Source of the DNA: a virus
Taxonomy: Duplodnaviria; Caudoviricetes
DNA length: 58,225 bases
Strand: one strand, 5' to 3'
Virus record (IMG/VR): IMGVR_UViG_3300018481_000025
Span: 1-58,225 of that record
Positions 1 to 8,257 of the stretch are shown in pieces. The notes beneath the pieces were generated by a model that worked only from the letters and a program-made list of their open reading frames with translations, was not told the origin of the DNA and did not search any database. The first letter of the stretch is position 1. The number at the start of each line of letters is the position of its first letter. The position numbers were made by a program, and so were the translations under genes.

Positions 1-383
1 ACCAGTTTGCCCTCGTCGATGATGAACTCAGCGACCAGAGTGGTGTTCTCGATGTCAAACAGGTCGAGTGAGACAGCCGGGGGATTGAGGCGGAACGTCA
101 GCCGTCCGCTCTCTACTCCCGGCTTCCAATAAGGTCGAACCGTGTATTCTACGGCGAACGTCGCATGTTCCCCCATGAAGATCTGCTTCTCACGATAGAT
201 CGTGTCTTTGTCAGCTTCAATAAGTTTCCATTCAACGCCCGTTGTCCCGATATCGTTCATGCCAAACTCGGCCCGCACATGGGTGTAGCCCAGAAGGTCT
301 GGGTCACGCATCCACAGGCCGACGAACGCATCGAGGATTTGCTTGAGGTCTTGCCTTATATCCATATAAGCGCCGCCCAACAC
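1..383 (-). CDS. Hypothetical protein, runs off the window edge
   Basis: Hand-translated open frame (..AYMDIRQDLKQILDAFVGLW..IDEGKL); GGAGG at 394-398; start GTG 383 or ATG 365. Confidence 0.6.
   Translation of the reverse strand, partial: MLGGAYMDIRQDLKQILDAFVGLWMRDPDLLGYTHVRAEFGMNDIGTTGVEWKLIEADKDTIYREKQIFMGEHATFAVEYTVRPYWKPGVESGRLTFRLNPPAVSLDLFDIENTTLVAEFIIDEGKL
355..370 (-). promoter_or_regulatory. CTTATA-N4-TATAAG palindrome copy 1 (in 5' end of gene)
   Basis: cttata tcca tataag. Confidence 0.8.
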
Positions 384-390
384 ATCACAT
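379..390 (-). promoter_or_regulatory. ATGTGATGTGTT motif copy 1
   Basis: aacacatcacat on + strand; recurs at 3945, 6110, 7096. Confidence 0.55.
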
Positions 391-630
391 CATCCTCCGG
401 TGGGCCACTTCAGCAGTTTCGCTCGCCCACTTCCGCAGCTCGAAGTGCATCTCTGATGCCAGAGCCGCCTTGCTCTCGTCGCCTTCCTCGGTCGACAATA
501 GTACGGCGAACACCGCCGCTGCCCCGGTGAAGAAGACGTGCTTGAACTCGGCACGATCCTGTGCCGAGACATGCTCCTCCATCACCATGCTCTCGTACTC
601 CTTCCACATCGCCTCGATATGGTTCTTCAT
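385..630 (-). CDS. Small phage hypothetical protein
   Basis: 81-aa ORF with GGAGG RBS, coupled to neighbours. Confidence 0.75.
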   Translation of the reverse strand: MKNHIEAMWKEYESMVMEEHVSAQDRAEFKHVFFTGAAAVFAVLLSTEEGDESKAALASEMHFELRKWASETAEVAHRRMM

Positions 631-893
631 GACCCCTCCTTTGTTCCGTCGATTACCTCGATACCAGCCGAGGCGAATTGCTTCTGGATCAGCAGGAAGT
701 CAGCCTGCTGATCGCTCTTAGGTTTATAGTCACCGCGCTCGATCAGTATCAGTTGGTTGCCGTGCTTCCTGAAGGTGAGGAGGGTGCGCGGCACCCCCCA
801 CACCCCCTCGTCTGCCAACTGAGCGAAAAGATTTCGGCACCACTCGCGATGAGGATCGGGGCTGCGATGTGCGCCGTCGATCTGCTTGCTCAT
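627..893 (-). CDS. Hypothetical protein
   Basis: MSKQIDG.. start after GAGG; overlapping start/stop with neighbours. Confidence 0.7.
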   Translation of the reverse strand: MSKQIDGAHRSPDPHREWCRNLFAQLADEGVWGVPRTLLTFRKHGNQLILIERGDYKPKSDQQADFLLIQKQFASAGIEVIDGTKEGS

Positions 894-1075
894 GATTTCC
901 TCTTGAGTAAGTAGACATTGATGTTCTCTGCGGCACGCGGCTCGAACGCATTGCGGCAGAAGGGGCAAACATACATCGCCCCCTTTTCATCGAGGTTTGG
1001 CACGCCAGAGATCCACACCCCGCACGTCCTATGAGGACATAGGACCGCCTCGATCGTCTCGACTGCTGGCAGCAT
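890..1075 (-). CDS. Small Zn-ribbon-like protein
   Basis: CPHRTC and CPFC cysteine pairs. Confidence 0.55.
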   Translation of the reverse strand: MLPAVETIEAVLCPHRTCGVWISGVPNLDEKGAMYVCPFCRNAFEPRAAENINVYLLKRKS

Positions 1076-1204
1076 TTGAAGTCCCCGCATCTTTGCGCCC
1101 CACAATAGGTTTGTAGTCGTCAGCCCAGAACCCTGCGTCATTGCAGGGTGGTATGAAGATTGGCTTCGGCTTCTCACGCAGGAACAACCGCCGTAGAAAC
1201 TTCA

Positions 1205-1423
1205 TCATCGCCTTACCCCCATAGGTTCTCTGAACACTGGCATCGTATCCATCCACCAGCTCAGATGAAGTATCGACATGGCAAACGCTGTCATGAAGGT
1301 GATGATGCCCCACGCAAGCAGCTTGCGTGGGACACGATATTTTGGTCTGACCAAGCACGGCGCGGTCAGCCACATCGACAGCATGTCGATGGCCAGTAGC
1401 ATTGCCTCGGGTGTGAACGGCAT
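1205..1423 (-). CDS. Small membrane protein
   Basis: MPFTPEAM..; hydrophobic segment LLAWGIITFMTAFAMSILHL. Confidence 0.55.
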   Translation of the reverse strand: MPFTPEAMLLAIDMLSMWLTAPCLVRPKYRVPRKLLAWGIITFMTAFAMSILHLSWWMDTMPVFREPMGVRR

Positions 1424-1424
1424 A

Positions 1425-1649
1425 TCACCCCCCTGTCTTGAGCCAGCGCCCGTCCTCCTGTTTGACGTAGCGCTGCCCTCTACCCACACCCAGTCCCGTG
1501 CCGTACCTGCCGAAGCAGGTTTGGCATAAGTTCCCCCAGCCACCGAACGTGGTGGCCGCGTCGTACATCATCTTGTCGAACGGCTTGTTGCAAACGTCGC
1601 ACTCTTTCGGATCGCCTGCCCAGTATCTCAGCTTGAGCGTCTTGCTCAT
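1425..1649 (-). CDS. Small CxxC-containing protein
   Basis: CDVC and CQTC motifs. Confidence 0.7.
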   Translation of the reverse strand: MSKTLKLRYWAGDPKECDVCNKPFDKMMYDAATTFGGWGNLCQTCFGRYGTGLGVGRGQRYVKQEDGRWLKTGG

Positions 1650-1840
1650 CGACGTACACCCATTCCCATGCGTGAGTTGCGGTCGGCACGTGAGGCGATC
1701 GAGTTGATGCGGTCGATCTCACGCTGCATGGCGATCACCTGATCGGCCAGCATGATCACGGTCTGCTTCAATAGTTCGTTGGTCGGGCCCTCCTTGCGGA
1801 TGGCGTTGACCAGTGCCTGCAATCGTCGATAGTCCATCAT
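1646..1840 (-). CDS. Hypothetical protein
   Basis: 64 aa; AAGGAG RBS overlaps palindrome copy 2. Confidence 0.65.
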   Translation of the reverse strand: MMDYRRLQALVNAIRKEGPTNELLKQTVIMLADQVIAMQREIDRINSIASRADRNSRMGMGVRR

Positions 1841-2043
1841 CTTGGTCTCCTTATAGGCATATAAGTCATGCGGTTCTTCCTCCGCGTCTTGATCGGGTTG
1901 TCACGGTAGTACGGGTCGCCTTGGGCACGCTCTTGGCGACGTTCGTAAGACGAGAGCTTGTCATGCGCCCGCATGTAAGCCCGCAGCTGGTAGATAAACT
2001 CCAAGAACTCATCGTCATCGAGATCATATGGAAATCTCGCCAT
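1837..2043 (-). CDS. Hypothetical protein
   Basis: 68 aa, GGAGG RBS; C-terminal TYMPIR encoded by the palindrome. Confidence 0.65.
   Translation of the reverse strand: MARFPYDLDDDEFLEFIYQLRAYMRAHDKLSSYERRQERAQGDPYYRDNPIKTRRKNRMTYMPIRRPR
1850..1865 (-). promoter_or_regulatory. Palindrome copy 2 (intragenic, overlaps next RBS)
   Basis: cttata ggca tataag. Confidence 0.8.
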
Positions 2044-2052
2044 GTCTCCTCC

Positions 2053-2361
2053 CTAGTCCATGCGTGAGATTTGCCATGTGTCGTCGGGTGCAATGATCAT
2101 CACCCAACCATGCGGATAGAGCACGATGCGCTCGTCACGAAAGAACATCGCGCTCTTTGGTCTTAGTGGTGGGTCGCCTTTGTAGAGGAGTTCCCCCGTG
2201 ATCGTGTCGAACTCGAACCCCGGAAAGGGGTTCCAGCCGCCGATATAGTTCTCGTTGAACTGCTCGGCGGCCGGTCGTGGATCGTCATTGTCGAGAAAGG
2301 TCGGGATGATGCCCCAGTCCTCGGGCTCACCGCCCACCATGACGACAACGAGTGTTTTCAT
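2053..2361 (-). CDS. Phage hypothetical protein
   Basis: MKTLVV..GIIPTFLDNDDPRPAAEQFNENY..QISRMD; GGAGG RBS. Confidence 0.75.
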   Translation of the reverse strand: MKTLVVVMVGGEPEDWGIIPTFLDNDDPRPAAEQFNENYIGGWNPFPGFEFDTITGELLYKGDPPLRPKSAMFFRDERIVLYPHGWVMIIAPDDTWQISRMD

Positions 2362-2530
2362 AGCTGATCCTCCCTCTTGTCCGGTATGCGTTCGTCTTGG
2401 CAGATCACATCGTAGCGTGCCCGCTCGTAGGCCGAGCGAGCAAACAGCGCATCCCACGCAAACAGCACCATGAGCCACCAGCCATGACGCGGTGTCGGCT
2501 TGACGTTGAGGTCGTAGACGTCGGGCTCGT

Positions 2531-2884
2531 TCATCGGTGCCGCCTCGCCAGTTCGAGACGCGCCGGTATCACCTCCATGCTGTTGCAGTAGTTGCAGCAT
2601 CTCCCCTCGTTCACCGGCCGGGCATTGTTGCCCATGCCGTCCATACGCGTGTGGCATATCGAGCAGCTCAGCTGCTCCTGTGCCAGTCGTGGGTGGATCG
2701 GTCCGTTCAGCTTGTAGACGTCGCGCAGCCAGTTGATGCGGTTGACGATGGACTGCATCAGGCTGTCGAGCACCTGCACCTGCTGCGGACCCGTCAGCCT
2801 GTGCATGGCGTTGTGGATTGGTTGCAGGCATTCCTCCGTAATCCTGTCGAGGCGCTTCTTGCTGATCGGTCGTGGTGCTTTCAT
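2531..2884 (-). CDS. Hypothetical protein with C-terminal Zn-finger-like motif
   Basis: CSIC..GNNARPVNEGRCCNYCN. Confidence 0.7.
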   Translation of the reverse strand: MKAPRPISKKRLDRITEECLQPIHNAMHRLTGPQQVQVLDSLMQSIVNRINWLRDVYKLNGPIHPRLAQEQLSCSICHTRMDGMGNNARPVNEGRCCNYCNSMEVIPARLELARRHR

Positions 2885-3294
2885 TTGCTGTCCTTCCATG
2901 CGTAACCATATGCCTGCATGTTGACGATGCAGTTGAATTCAGGGTCGAGCCTGATGAACTTCTTGCGGATGCGCTTGATGCACGAGCGCACGTTGGTATG
3001 AAACCCGTCGTCGCCATAGCCAGCGCGGAAGCCGGGTATGCCTTTCAGTTTGTCGTAGATGGTGCGGTACTCGACATACTCGCCGCGTGCCGCCACCAAG
3101 GTGGTGATGATGCGAAGCTCGCCCATGGTCGCGCCGATGCTGACGTTGCGCCAGTAGACGGCACTCTCGGTGATGATGAGGTCGGTTTTCCTCTGCCACC
3201 GGGGGCAGCCCGAGCATGGGTTGGTGACGGGATGCGGTGGGTCGACCAGCGCAGGCAAAGCTTCGGCCATCGTTCCATTTACGTTGCTGCTCAT
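2881..3294 (-). CDS. Stand-alone OmpR/PhoB-type winged-helix DNA-binding protein (ChvI-like effector domain, no receiver)
   Basis: ELRIITTLV..YRTIYD..TNVRSCIKRIRKKF..DPEFNCIVNMQAYGYAW resembles Trans_reg_C. Confidence 0.8.
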   Translation of the reverse strand: MSSNVNGTMAEALPALVDPPHPVTNPCSGCPRWQRKTDLIITESAVYWRNVSIGATMGELRIITTLVAARGEYVEYRTIYDKLKGIPGFRAGYGDDGFHTNVRSCIKRIRKKFIRLDPEFNCIVNMQAYGYAWKDSK

Positions 3295-3335
3295 GTGGTG
3301 TTCTCCCTGCTTGAAGCTCTGAATGTACATCATGC

Positions 3336-3369
3336 AAAACCGGGGCCTTATATGAATATAAGGCCCCGG
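3336..3369 (-). terminator. Intrinsic terminator built around palindrome copy 3 (core 3347-3362)
   Basis: CCGGGGC-CTTATA-TTCA-TATAAG-GCCCCGG followed by TTTT on the minus strand. Confidence 0.7.
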
Positions 3370-3374
3370 CGATC

Positions 3375-3472
3375 AGTCCCCGCCCACCACCGTCACGTTC
3401 CCTATTAAGGCACGGTGATGGGCGGGCCCTCGGCGTTCGGATCCAATCCAACGCGCAGTTGCGCGGGGGACT
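3375..3472 (-). ncRNA. Candidate structured intergenic RNA
   Basis: Several nested or adjacent stems, including a 15-bp stem with a G-U pair that only forms on the minus strand. Confidence 0.3.
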
Positions 3473-3490
3473 TGTCTATGCGCCGAAGCT

Positions 3491-3727
3491 CTACTCGACC
3501 TTGCCGGTGGCGTATGGCCTGCGGGCGATTGACCCGAGGTCAACCGCACGCGGACCGTTCTCCATGACAAGCTTGGTATAGGCGTGAACCACTTGGACGA
3601 CGCTTGAGGCATCGACGTCGATGGTGCGGGCCCGCCATTCTTCGAGCCATGTCAGTAGTGGCCACGGCTCGTCGCTCTCGTACATGGTGCGAGCCTGTGC
3701 CCGCACCTCGGTATGACCCATTCTCAT
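3491..3727 (-). CDS. Hypothetical protein
   Basis: 78-aa ORF, GAGGAG RBS. Confidence 0.65.
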   Translation of the reverse strand: MRMGHTEVRAQARTMYESDEPWPLLTWLEEWRARTIDVDASSVVQVVHAYTKLVMENGPRAVDLGSIARRPYATGKVE

Positions 3728-3915
3728 TTGAGTACTCCTCTCTCGATGCCACGCAGGGCATCACCACTGGCCTCGTGTATATCGACCAGTTTCTCCAGCA
3801 CGCGGCCAATGTCGCGCAGGTGGTTGGCCACGCGCTCGGTGGCCAAGGTCAGCGCCGACAAGTCATCGGCGATGGAGGCAAGCGATACCTCCGGGTGTTT
3901 TATGTCTTTACCCAC
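3724..3915 (-). CDS. Small coiled-coil hypothetical protein
   Basis: GTG start after AAGGAG; heptad-like LASIADDLSAL.. Confidence 0.6.
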   Translation of the reverse strand: MGKDIKHPEVSLASIADDLSALTLATERVANHLRDIGRVLEKLVDIHEASGDALRGIERGVLK

Positions 3916-3944
3916 TGGCTTCTCCTTCATGCTGACGTCGCGAA

Positions 3945-3957
3945 AACACATCACATT
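3945..3957 (-). promoter_or_regulatory. ATGTGATGTGTT motif copy 2
   Basis: About 30 nt upstream of the GTG start at 3915. Confidence 0.55.
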
Positions 3958-3975
3958 TGATGGGGGAATGGGAGG

Positions 3976-4005
3976 GCCCGGCCTTATATGGATATAAGGC
4001 CGGGC
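3976..4005. promoter_or_regulatory. 30-bp hairpin containing palindrome copy 4 (core 3983-3998)
   Basis: gcccggc-cttata-tgga-tataag-gccgggc just after a stop codon; no U-tract. Confidence 0.75.
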
Positions 4006-4012
4006 ACTCGGG

Positions 4013-4330
4013 CTACTCATCGGCAGGAATGTTGTTCCACACGATGGGCTTCTTGTTCGACTTCGGCGTCTTGGCCTTGGTCAGCACAAGGGGCTTGACG
4101 CTCGGACCAGTAGCGTGCGCGAGCGGGCCGGGCGACAGAACCGGACGACGTGACTGCTGCGCCATGTCGATGGTGCGGCGCAGGTTGCTGGCGGCACGCT
4201 GCAATAGCAGCGTGCGCACCATCTCAGCGAGGTAGGTGTTGTTGGTGGTGTCGATGCCGTCATAGACGTCACCGATCTGCAATAGGCGAGCCTCAAGGTG
4301 GTTGAGGTCGATGTCGATGTTGATACGCAT
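4013..4330 (-). CDS. Hypothetical protein
   Basis: 105-aa ORF in the early operon. Confidence 0.65.
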   Translation of the reverse strand: MRINIDIDLNHLEARLLQIGDVYDGIDTTNNTYLAEMVRTLLLQRAASNLRRTIDMAQQSRRPVLSPGPLAHATGPSVKPLVLTKAKTPKSNKKPIVWNNIPADE

Positions 4331-4342
4331 TGGATTAGCCTT

Positions 4343-5071
4343 TCAGGTGCTGTGCTGGTGGATGATCTCCCCGGTCGGCAGACGCCAACCGAAGCAGGCG
4401 GCCTCGAACCCGCACTCGACGGCGAAGCCCCGGTCGAATGCCTGCACGAGGTAGTCACTCATGTCGTTGCCGGTGATCGGGCCCGACGCTGGCTGCTCGA
4501 TGAAGGCCAGCATTTTGGCGGGTGACGCTGTGCCCAGCACCGCCCTACCAAATCGTTCATAGATGATGATCTCACCTTGGGTGCGGTCGTGCACCTCAGG
4601 CGATTGCATCTTCTCGATGTTGTCATCGTTCAGCCACTCGACGCTGCGATCGTGCGCCTTGTCGATGGTCTCGCTGGTTACAGCGAGATTATCGGCGAGC
4701 GTTGGCTTCCCGCTGGTTACAGCGGGACTGTCGTCGGGGTCGACGATTGCCTTGATGCGTGCGATCCACTCGGCATCGAGCACGACGGCATCGAGCTTGT
4801 TGTCGATCGCTCCGCGATAGAGCAGGTCGAGCAGCTCGTATGCCTTCTGGCCGTAGTCCTCCTTGGCCATGTGCATCTCGTCGTGATAGCAGAACATCAG
4901 GTGCAACTCCTCTCCCCGGATGACCCGCTGCTCGTTGTAGGTGCTGCCATAGAGGAAGATCTCACCTTCATCCATGTTGGCGATTGTCTCGATGATCTTG
5001 TCATACTGCTCAGCCTTGGCCGCCTGCACGATCTGATCGTCGGACGGGTCGCTGTTGTCACGCTCAGTCAT
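4343..5071 (-). CDS. Acidic hypothetical protein
   Basis: 242 aa, D/E-rich, GAGGAGG RBS. Confidence 0.75.
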   Translation of the reverse strand: MTERDNSDPSDDQIVQAAKAEQYDKIIETIANMDEGEIFLYGSTYNEQRVIRGEELHLMFCYHDEMHMAKEDYGQKAYELLDLLYRGAIDNKLDAVVLDAEWIARIKAIVDPDDSPAVTSGKPTLADNLAVTSETIDKAHDRSVEWLNDDNIEKMQSPEVHDRTQGEIIIYERFGRAVLGTASPAKMLAFIEQPASGPITGNDMSDYLVQAFDRGFAVECGFEAACFGWRLPTGEIIHQHST

Positions 5072-5085
5072 TGGTCATGCCCTCC

Positions 5086-5403
5086 TCAGGCATCGTTGGT
5101 CAGTTTGAGTTGGTTGGTCTGCCAGTCGTCCAGCATGTCGAGCCATCCCGAGGTTTCGTTGATGACGCGATGCAGCTGGATGGTTGTCTCAGCGTTGATG
5201 ATGCGCACCATGTACTCCTCCCACTTGTTGCGGGCTTTGGTACTGGCACCAATGCTGAACTCGTAGGTGGCATCGGTGAGATAGCTCACTGCTGCCATCT
5301 TGTTGGGTAAGAGGTCCCGACGCACATGCTTATGCGTCAGGCCCATCTTCGCCACCTCCTTCTGGAGGTTGCGAAGCCGTATGATTGTCAGGCTCGTTGT
5401 CAT
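5086..5403 (-). CDS. Hypothetical protein
   Basis: GGAGGAG RBS before MTTSL.. Confidence 0.6.
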   Translation of the reverse strand: MTTSLTIIRLRNLQKEVAKMGLTHKHVRRDLLPNKMAAVSYLTDATYEFSIGASTKARNKWEEYMVRIINAETTIQLHRVINETSGWLDMLDDWQTNQLKLTNDA

Positions 5404-5632
5404 CTCTGCATTGCTCCTCCATTTGCTCAATCATCATGAACATTGCCTCGGCACTGCGCTCGTCACCGATGCAGGCAGCGCACAAGTTGAATGGCGAGGT
5501 GCGCAATCTTGTACGCACCTCGGTCGGCAGGTCGTCATAGCAGTGCATGGTCTCGCGTCCTCTGACGGAGGCGTAGCACAGCAGCTGCCGCTTGATGCGG
5601 TTGAAGCGCCTTATAGTCATATAAGGTTTCAT
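5330..5632 (-). CDS. Hypothetical protein
   Basis: 100 aa; N-terminal PYMTIR encoded by palindrome copy 5. Confidence 0.55.
   Translation of the reverse strand: MKPYMTIRRFNRIKRQLLCYASVRGRETMHCYDDLPTEVRTRLRTSPFNLCAACIGDERSAEAMFMMIEQMEEQCRDDNEPDNHTASQPPEGGGEDGPDA
5610..5625 (-). promoter_or_regulatory. Palindrome copy 5 (intragenic)
   Basis: cttata gtca tataag. Confidence 0.8.
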
Positions 5633-5641
5633 GACTGCGCC

Positions 5642-6082
5642 TCATCCTTCGGTCCGCTTGAACAGCATGTCGACCGCACTGGCCGACATGACTTGCTTGG
5701 TCTCACTCTGGGCATGGGCGAATGCACAAAGACATGCCCATGATCTTGCGTGAGCGATCGTCCTCTTGTTCTTGAGCACGATCAGACGCGCCAGCGCCGT
5801 CTGCAGCGCCCTTACGCCATCTATGTCGGTGCGTCTGCCCAACACGATGAACGCCCGCAGGTCTTTCGATATGTCGGGGTTGTCGTTGCCCGATCCTTCT
5901 TTCATTGCCTGCATCACGGCGGGGGCATCGTCTGGCTCCAATAGTTGGTCGTCGTCCTGTGCACGGGCGCATAGGAACGTAGCCAGTACAAAGCGACCGA
6001 TTGGTCCGCGCCCATGCTCGCGGCCCATCTGGCGCACGAATGCGAGAACGCTCTCCAGTTCAAACTCTCGGCTGGATACCAT
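5642..6082 (-). CDS. Hypothetical protein
   Basis: MVSSREFE.. after GGGGAG RBS. Confidence 0.7.
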   Translation of the reverse strand: MVSSREFELESVLAFVRQMGREHGRGPIGRFVLATFLCARAQDDDQLLEPDDAPAVMQAMKEGSGNDNPDISKDLRAFIVLGRRTDIDGVRALQTALARLIVLKNKRTIAHARSWACLCAFAHAQSETKQVMSASAVDMLFKRTEG

Positions 6083-6109
6083 TGGCGAACTCCCCTGCCT
6101 GCGCCGCAA

Positions 6110-6122
6110 AACACATCACATT
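6110..6122 (-). promoter_or_regulatory. ATGTGATGTGTT motif copy 3
   Basis: About 28 nt upstream of the ATG at 6082. Confidence 0.55.
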
Positions 6123-6176
6123 GGCGAGCGGCGGCGCAGGCATAGCCCGTCCGCCAATGTACTTTGAGGTACTTTC

Positions 6177-6449
6177 TCATTGAACAAGACGCAGGTGTGG
6201 CGCACCGAATTTGGTTTCCATCTGCTTGTCGAACAGGGTCATGCCCTCCTCGGCACTCAGCATGGTGTAGCCAAATCGTTCAGCCGATATCGTAGCCGCA
6301 CGGATGCTGGGCCAGCCGCCGCTCAGCAGCATGAATGCACCACTGGGTGATTGTACAACGAGCATGTACATACCGAGCAGGTTTGGGGTCCACGCAGGAT
6401 GATCGCTATCCTCGGGGTATGGGATGCAGAAAGCTTTGTTGTTTGGCAT
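6177..6449 (-). CDS. Hypothetical protein
   Basis: 90 aa, GGAG RBS. Confidence 0.7.
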   Translation of the reverse strand: MPNNKAFCIPYPEDSDHPAWTPNLLGMYMLVVQSPSGAFMLLSGGWPSIRAATISAERFGYTMLSAEEGMTLFDKQMETKFGAPHLRLVQ

Positions 6450-6461
6450 GTTGTACTCCGT

Positions 6462-6701
6462 TTAGTCGAAAGGCCACTTTGGTATGCGGCTGTTCCACCG
6501 CACTGCGTATGGCTTGCCGTAGCCACGTTTTATCAGATGCTTTGCTGCCCAATAGGCAGCACCGTCATGGGTTTCCTCCGTCGCTATTCGATGGATAGTC
6601 ATTTGTGAAACCTGAAACTTTTTCGCGATACTTTTCTTCGTCTCTCCTTTCCAGATACGAATGACAATCTCGATGGCATCGTCGTCACTGAGCTTTCCCA
6701 T
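6462..6701 (-). CDS. Small helix-turn-helix DNA-binding protein
   Basis: KLSDDDAIEI..GETKKSIAKKFQVSQMTIHRI; AGGAGG RBS. Confidence 0.75.
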   Translation of the reverse strand: MGKLSDDDAIEIVIRIWKGETKKSIAKKFQVSQMTIHRIATEETHDGAAYWAAKHLIKRGYGKPYAVRWNSRIPKWPFD

Positions 6702-6794
6702 TGTACCTCCTTGCTGGCTTGGCTATTACGGGCGCTAATGCGGGGAAGCCCGCCGCATTTGATGGAACTAATGTCAAGTCGATAAGTACTTGAT

Positions 6795-6810
6795 CTTATA
6801 GGCATATAAG
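6795..6810 (-). promoter_or_regulatory. Palindrome copy 6
   Basis: cttata ggca tataag. Confidence 0.8.
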
Positions 6811-7095
6811 GCGTCGTGTACAGTGGATAGATTTAAATGCGTCGGGCTGCGCGGCACAGGTGTGTTCTTAAGGGGGATAGTTACTTTGGGATAGCATTAG
6901 TTACTTATACTCACTATGTAATCTCTTAAGCCATCCCCCTATATATCCCGTATTTCCGTATTACATTTATTATTAGGGGGAAAATGCCTTATTTCATTAC
7001 ACTTTCTGCATGTACATGTTAATACGGCGAACCGACGCATTAGCGCCGCATTTAGCATTTGCCGTCCACCATCCGCCGCCATGCCTCAGACGACG

Positions 7096-7108
7096 AACAC
7101 ATCACATT
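7096..7108 (-). promoter_or_regulatory. ATGTGATGTGTT motif copy 4
   Basis: aacacatcacatt. Confidence 0.55.
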
Positions 7109-7146
7109 GCCCGTCCGGGCGAGAAAGTTTCGACTGGACGCGCCGC

Positions 7147-7162
7147 CTTATAGGCATATAAG
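7147..7162 (-). promoter_or_regulatory. Palindrome copy 7
   Basis: gccttata ggca tataaggc. Confidence 0.8.
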
Positions 7163-7180
7163 GCAGGAGCCGGACGCACG

Positions 7181-7258
7181 AAAATGCCCGCGCGAGCGGG
7201 CGCGGGCAGAAAGTTTTGATTGAACGCACGAAAATCCCCCGCGCTTGCGCGCGGGGGA
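7181..7258 (-). terminator. Two tandem intrinsic terminators
   Basis: GC hairpins at 7185-7208 and 7235-7258 (GCAA loop), each followed by TTTTCGTGCGT on the minus strand. Confidence 0.8.
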
Positions 7259-7271
7259 AGTTTCCGTTTGA

Positions 7272-8147
7272 CTACGCCGTGCCGACGCCGTTGCTGCCAT
7301 CGGCAGCGGGGGCCAGCAGCGCGGCGAACTTGGCGTTCGCCTCGACGTTGCGCTGGGCAGCGGTCTTACCCTTGCCCTTGCCCTTCGTGCCCTTCTTGGG
7401 CTTGGCCGCATCTTCGACGGCCTTGCGGGCCTTGAAGTAGGCGGCAGCGGCGACGCCGTAGGCTTCGACCGCCCTCTTTGCCTCGATCGCCAACTTGGCG
7501 AGCGCGGGGTCATCTTTGCACACGGCGAGGAAATCCTTTGCCGTGCCGATCTTGCCGATTGCGTTGACGAGAACAACGCTCGCGGCCTTCAGTTCCGATG
7601 ACGTGGTGCTGTTGCGCCGCGCCGTCGCCTTCTTCTTCGCGTAGTCGGCCAGCTCCTTATCGGTCGGAGCGGTCTTGTCGAACTCATCCATGAGCGCATT
7701 TGCGAGCGCACCCATGTTGGGCATCGACATCATGTAGCTCTCGCCGGGCTGCTTCTGCTCGGCGATCCATCGCGCGACCCGCTTACGGTCGTCGATTTCC
7801 TTCCAGTTGATGAACGCGCCGAGGTTGCCGAGCTTAACCAATGCGTTGCCGTATTGATCTTCGCCCTTCAACTTGCCGTTCTCATCCGTGCCGGGACGCT
7901 TGCGGTCGCCGACGTAGAACACCGGCACGAACTCCTTTTCCCACACGGGGCGGGCGTCGAACTTCTCCTCCCCGCGCACGGTCGCCGCGATGCCCGCGCC
8001 GACCATCTTGATGGCCAGCGTCCGCAGGATGCTGCCATCCGACGGCTTGCTCGCCAGCTCGCGAACGTCCGCGCGGAATTGTTCCGCCGACATTGCGATC
8101 ACGTTGTCCAGTTCGTCGCCTTCCACCTTGACTACCTTCGCGGCCAT
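7272..8147 (-). CDS. 291-aa protein with Lys/Ala-rich C-terminal tail, monocistronic
   Basis: AGGAGG RBS, long clean ORF, KPKKGTKGKGKGK tail. Confidence 0.85.
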   Translation of the reverse strand: MAAKVVKVEGDELDNVIAMSAEQFRADVRELASKPSDGSILRTLAIKMVGAGIAATVRGEEKFDARPVWEKEFVPVFYVGDRKRPGTDENGKLKGEDQYGNALVKLGNLGAFINWKEIDDRKRVARWIAEQKQPGESYMMSMPNMGALANALMDEFDKTAPTDKELADYAKKKATARRNSTTSSELKAASVVLVNAIGKIGTAKDFLAVCKDDPALAKLAIEAKRAVEAYGVAAAAYFKARKAVEDAAKPKKGTKGKGKGKTAAQRNVEANAKFAALLAPAADGSNGVGTA

Positions 8148-8167
8148 AACGGCCTCCTATCGTTTGG

Positions 8168-8183
8168 CTTATATCCATATAAG
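8168..8183 (-). promoter_or_regulatory. Palindrome copy 8 (just upstream of RBS)
   Basis: ggcttata tcca tataagcc. Confidence 0.8.
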
Positions 8184-8257
8184 CCGGGTTAAAGGGCGGC
8201 TTGTTCCCGCCCCATACTCTATGTGAAACGAAACAGGCCGCAGGGCTTGGCTCGTTC

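Larger units (their letters stand above)
6731..7162. other. AT-rich non-coding region, candidate replication origin or control region
   Basis: AT-rich island between palindrome copies 6 and 7; repeated GCATT/AATGC and GGATAG; inverted repeats 6731-6742/7036-7047 and 6836-6845/7032-7041. Confidence 0.45.

Noticed and set aside
6905-6920. Additional palindrome copy (cttatactcactatgt)
   Set aside because: The right arm does not match TATAAG; likely chance in an AT-rich tract.
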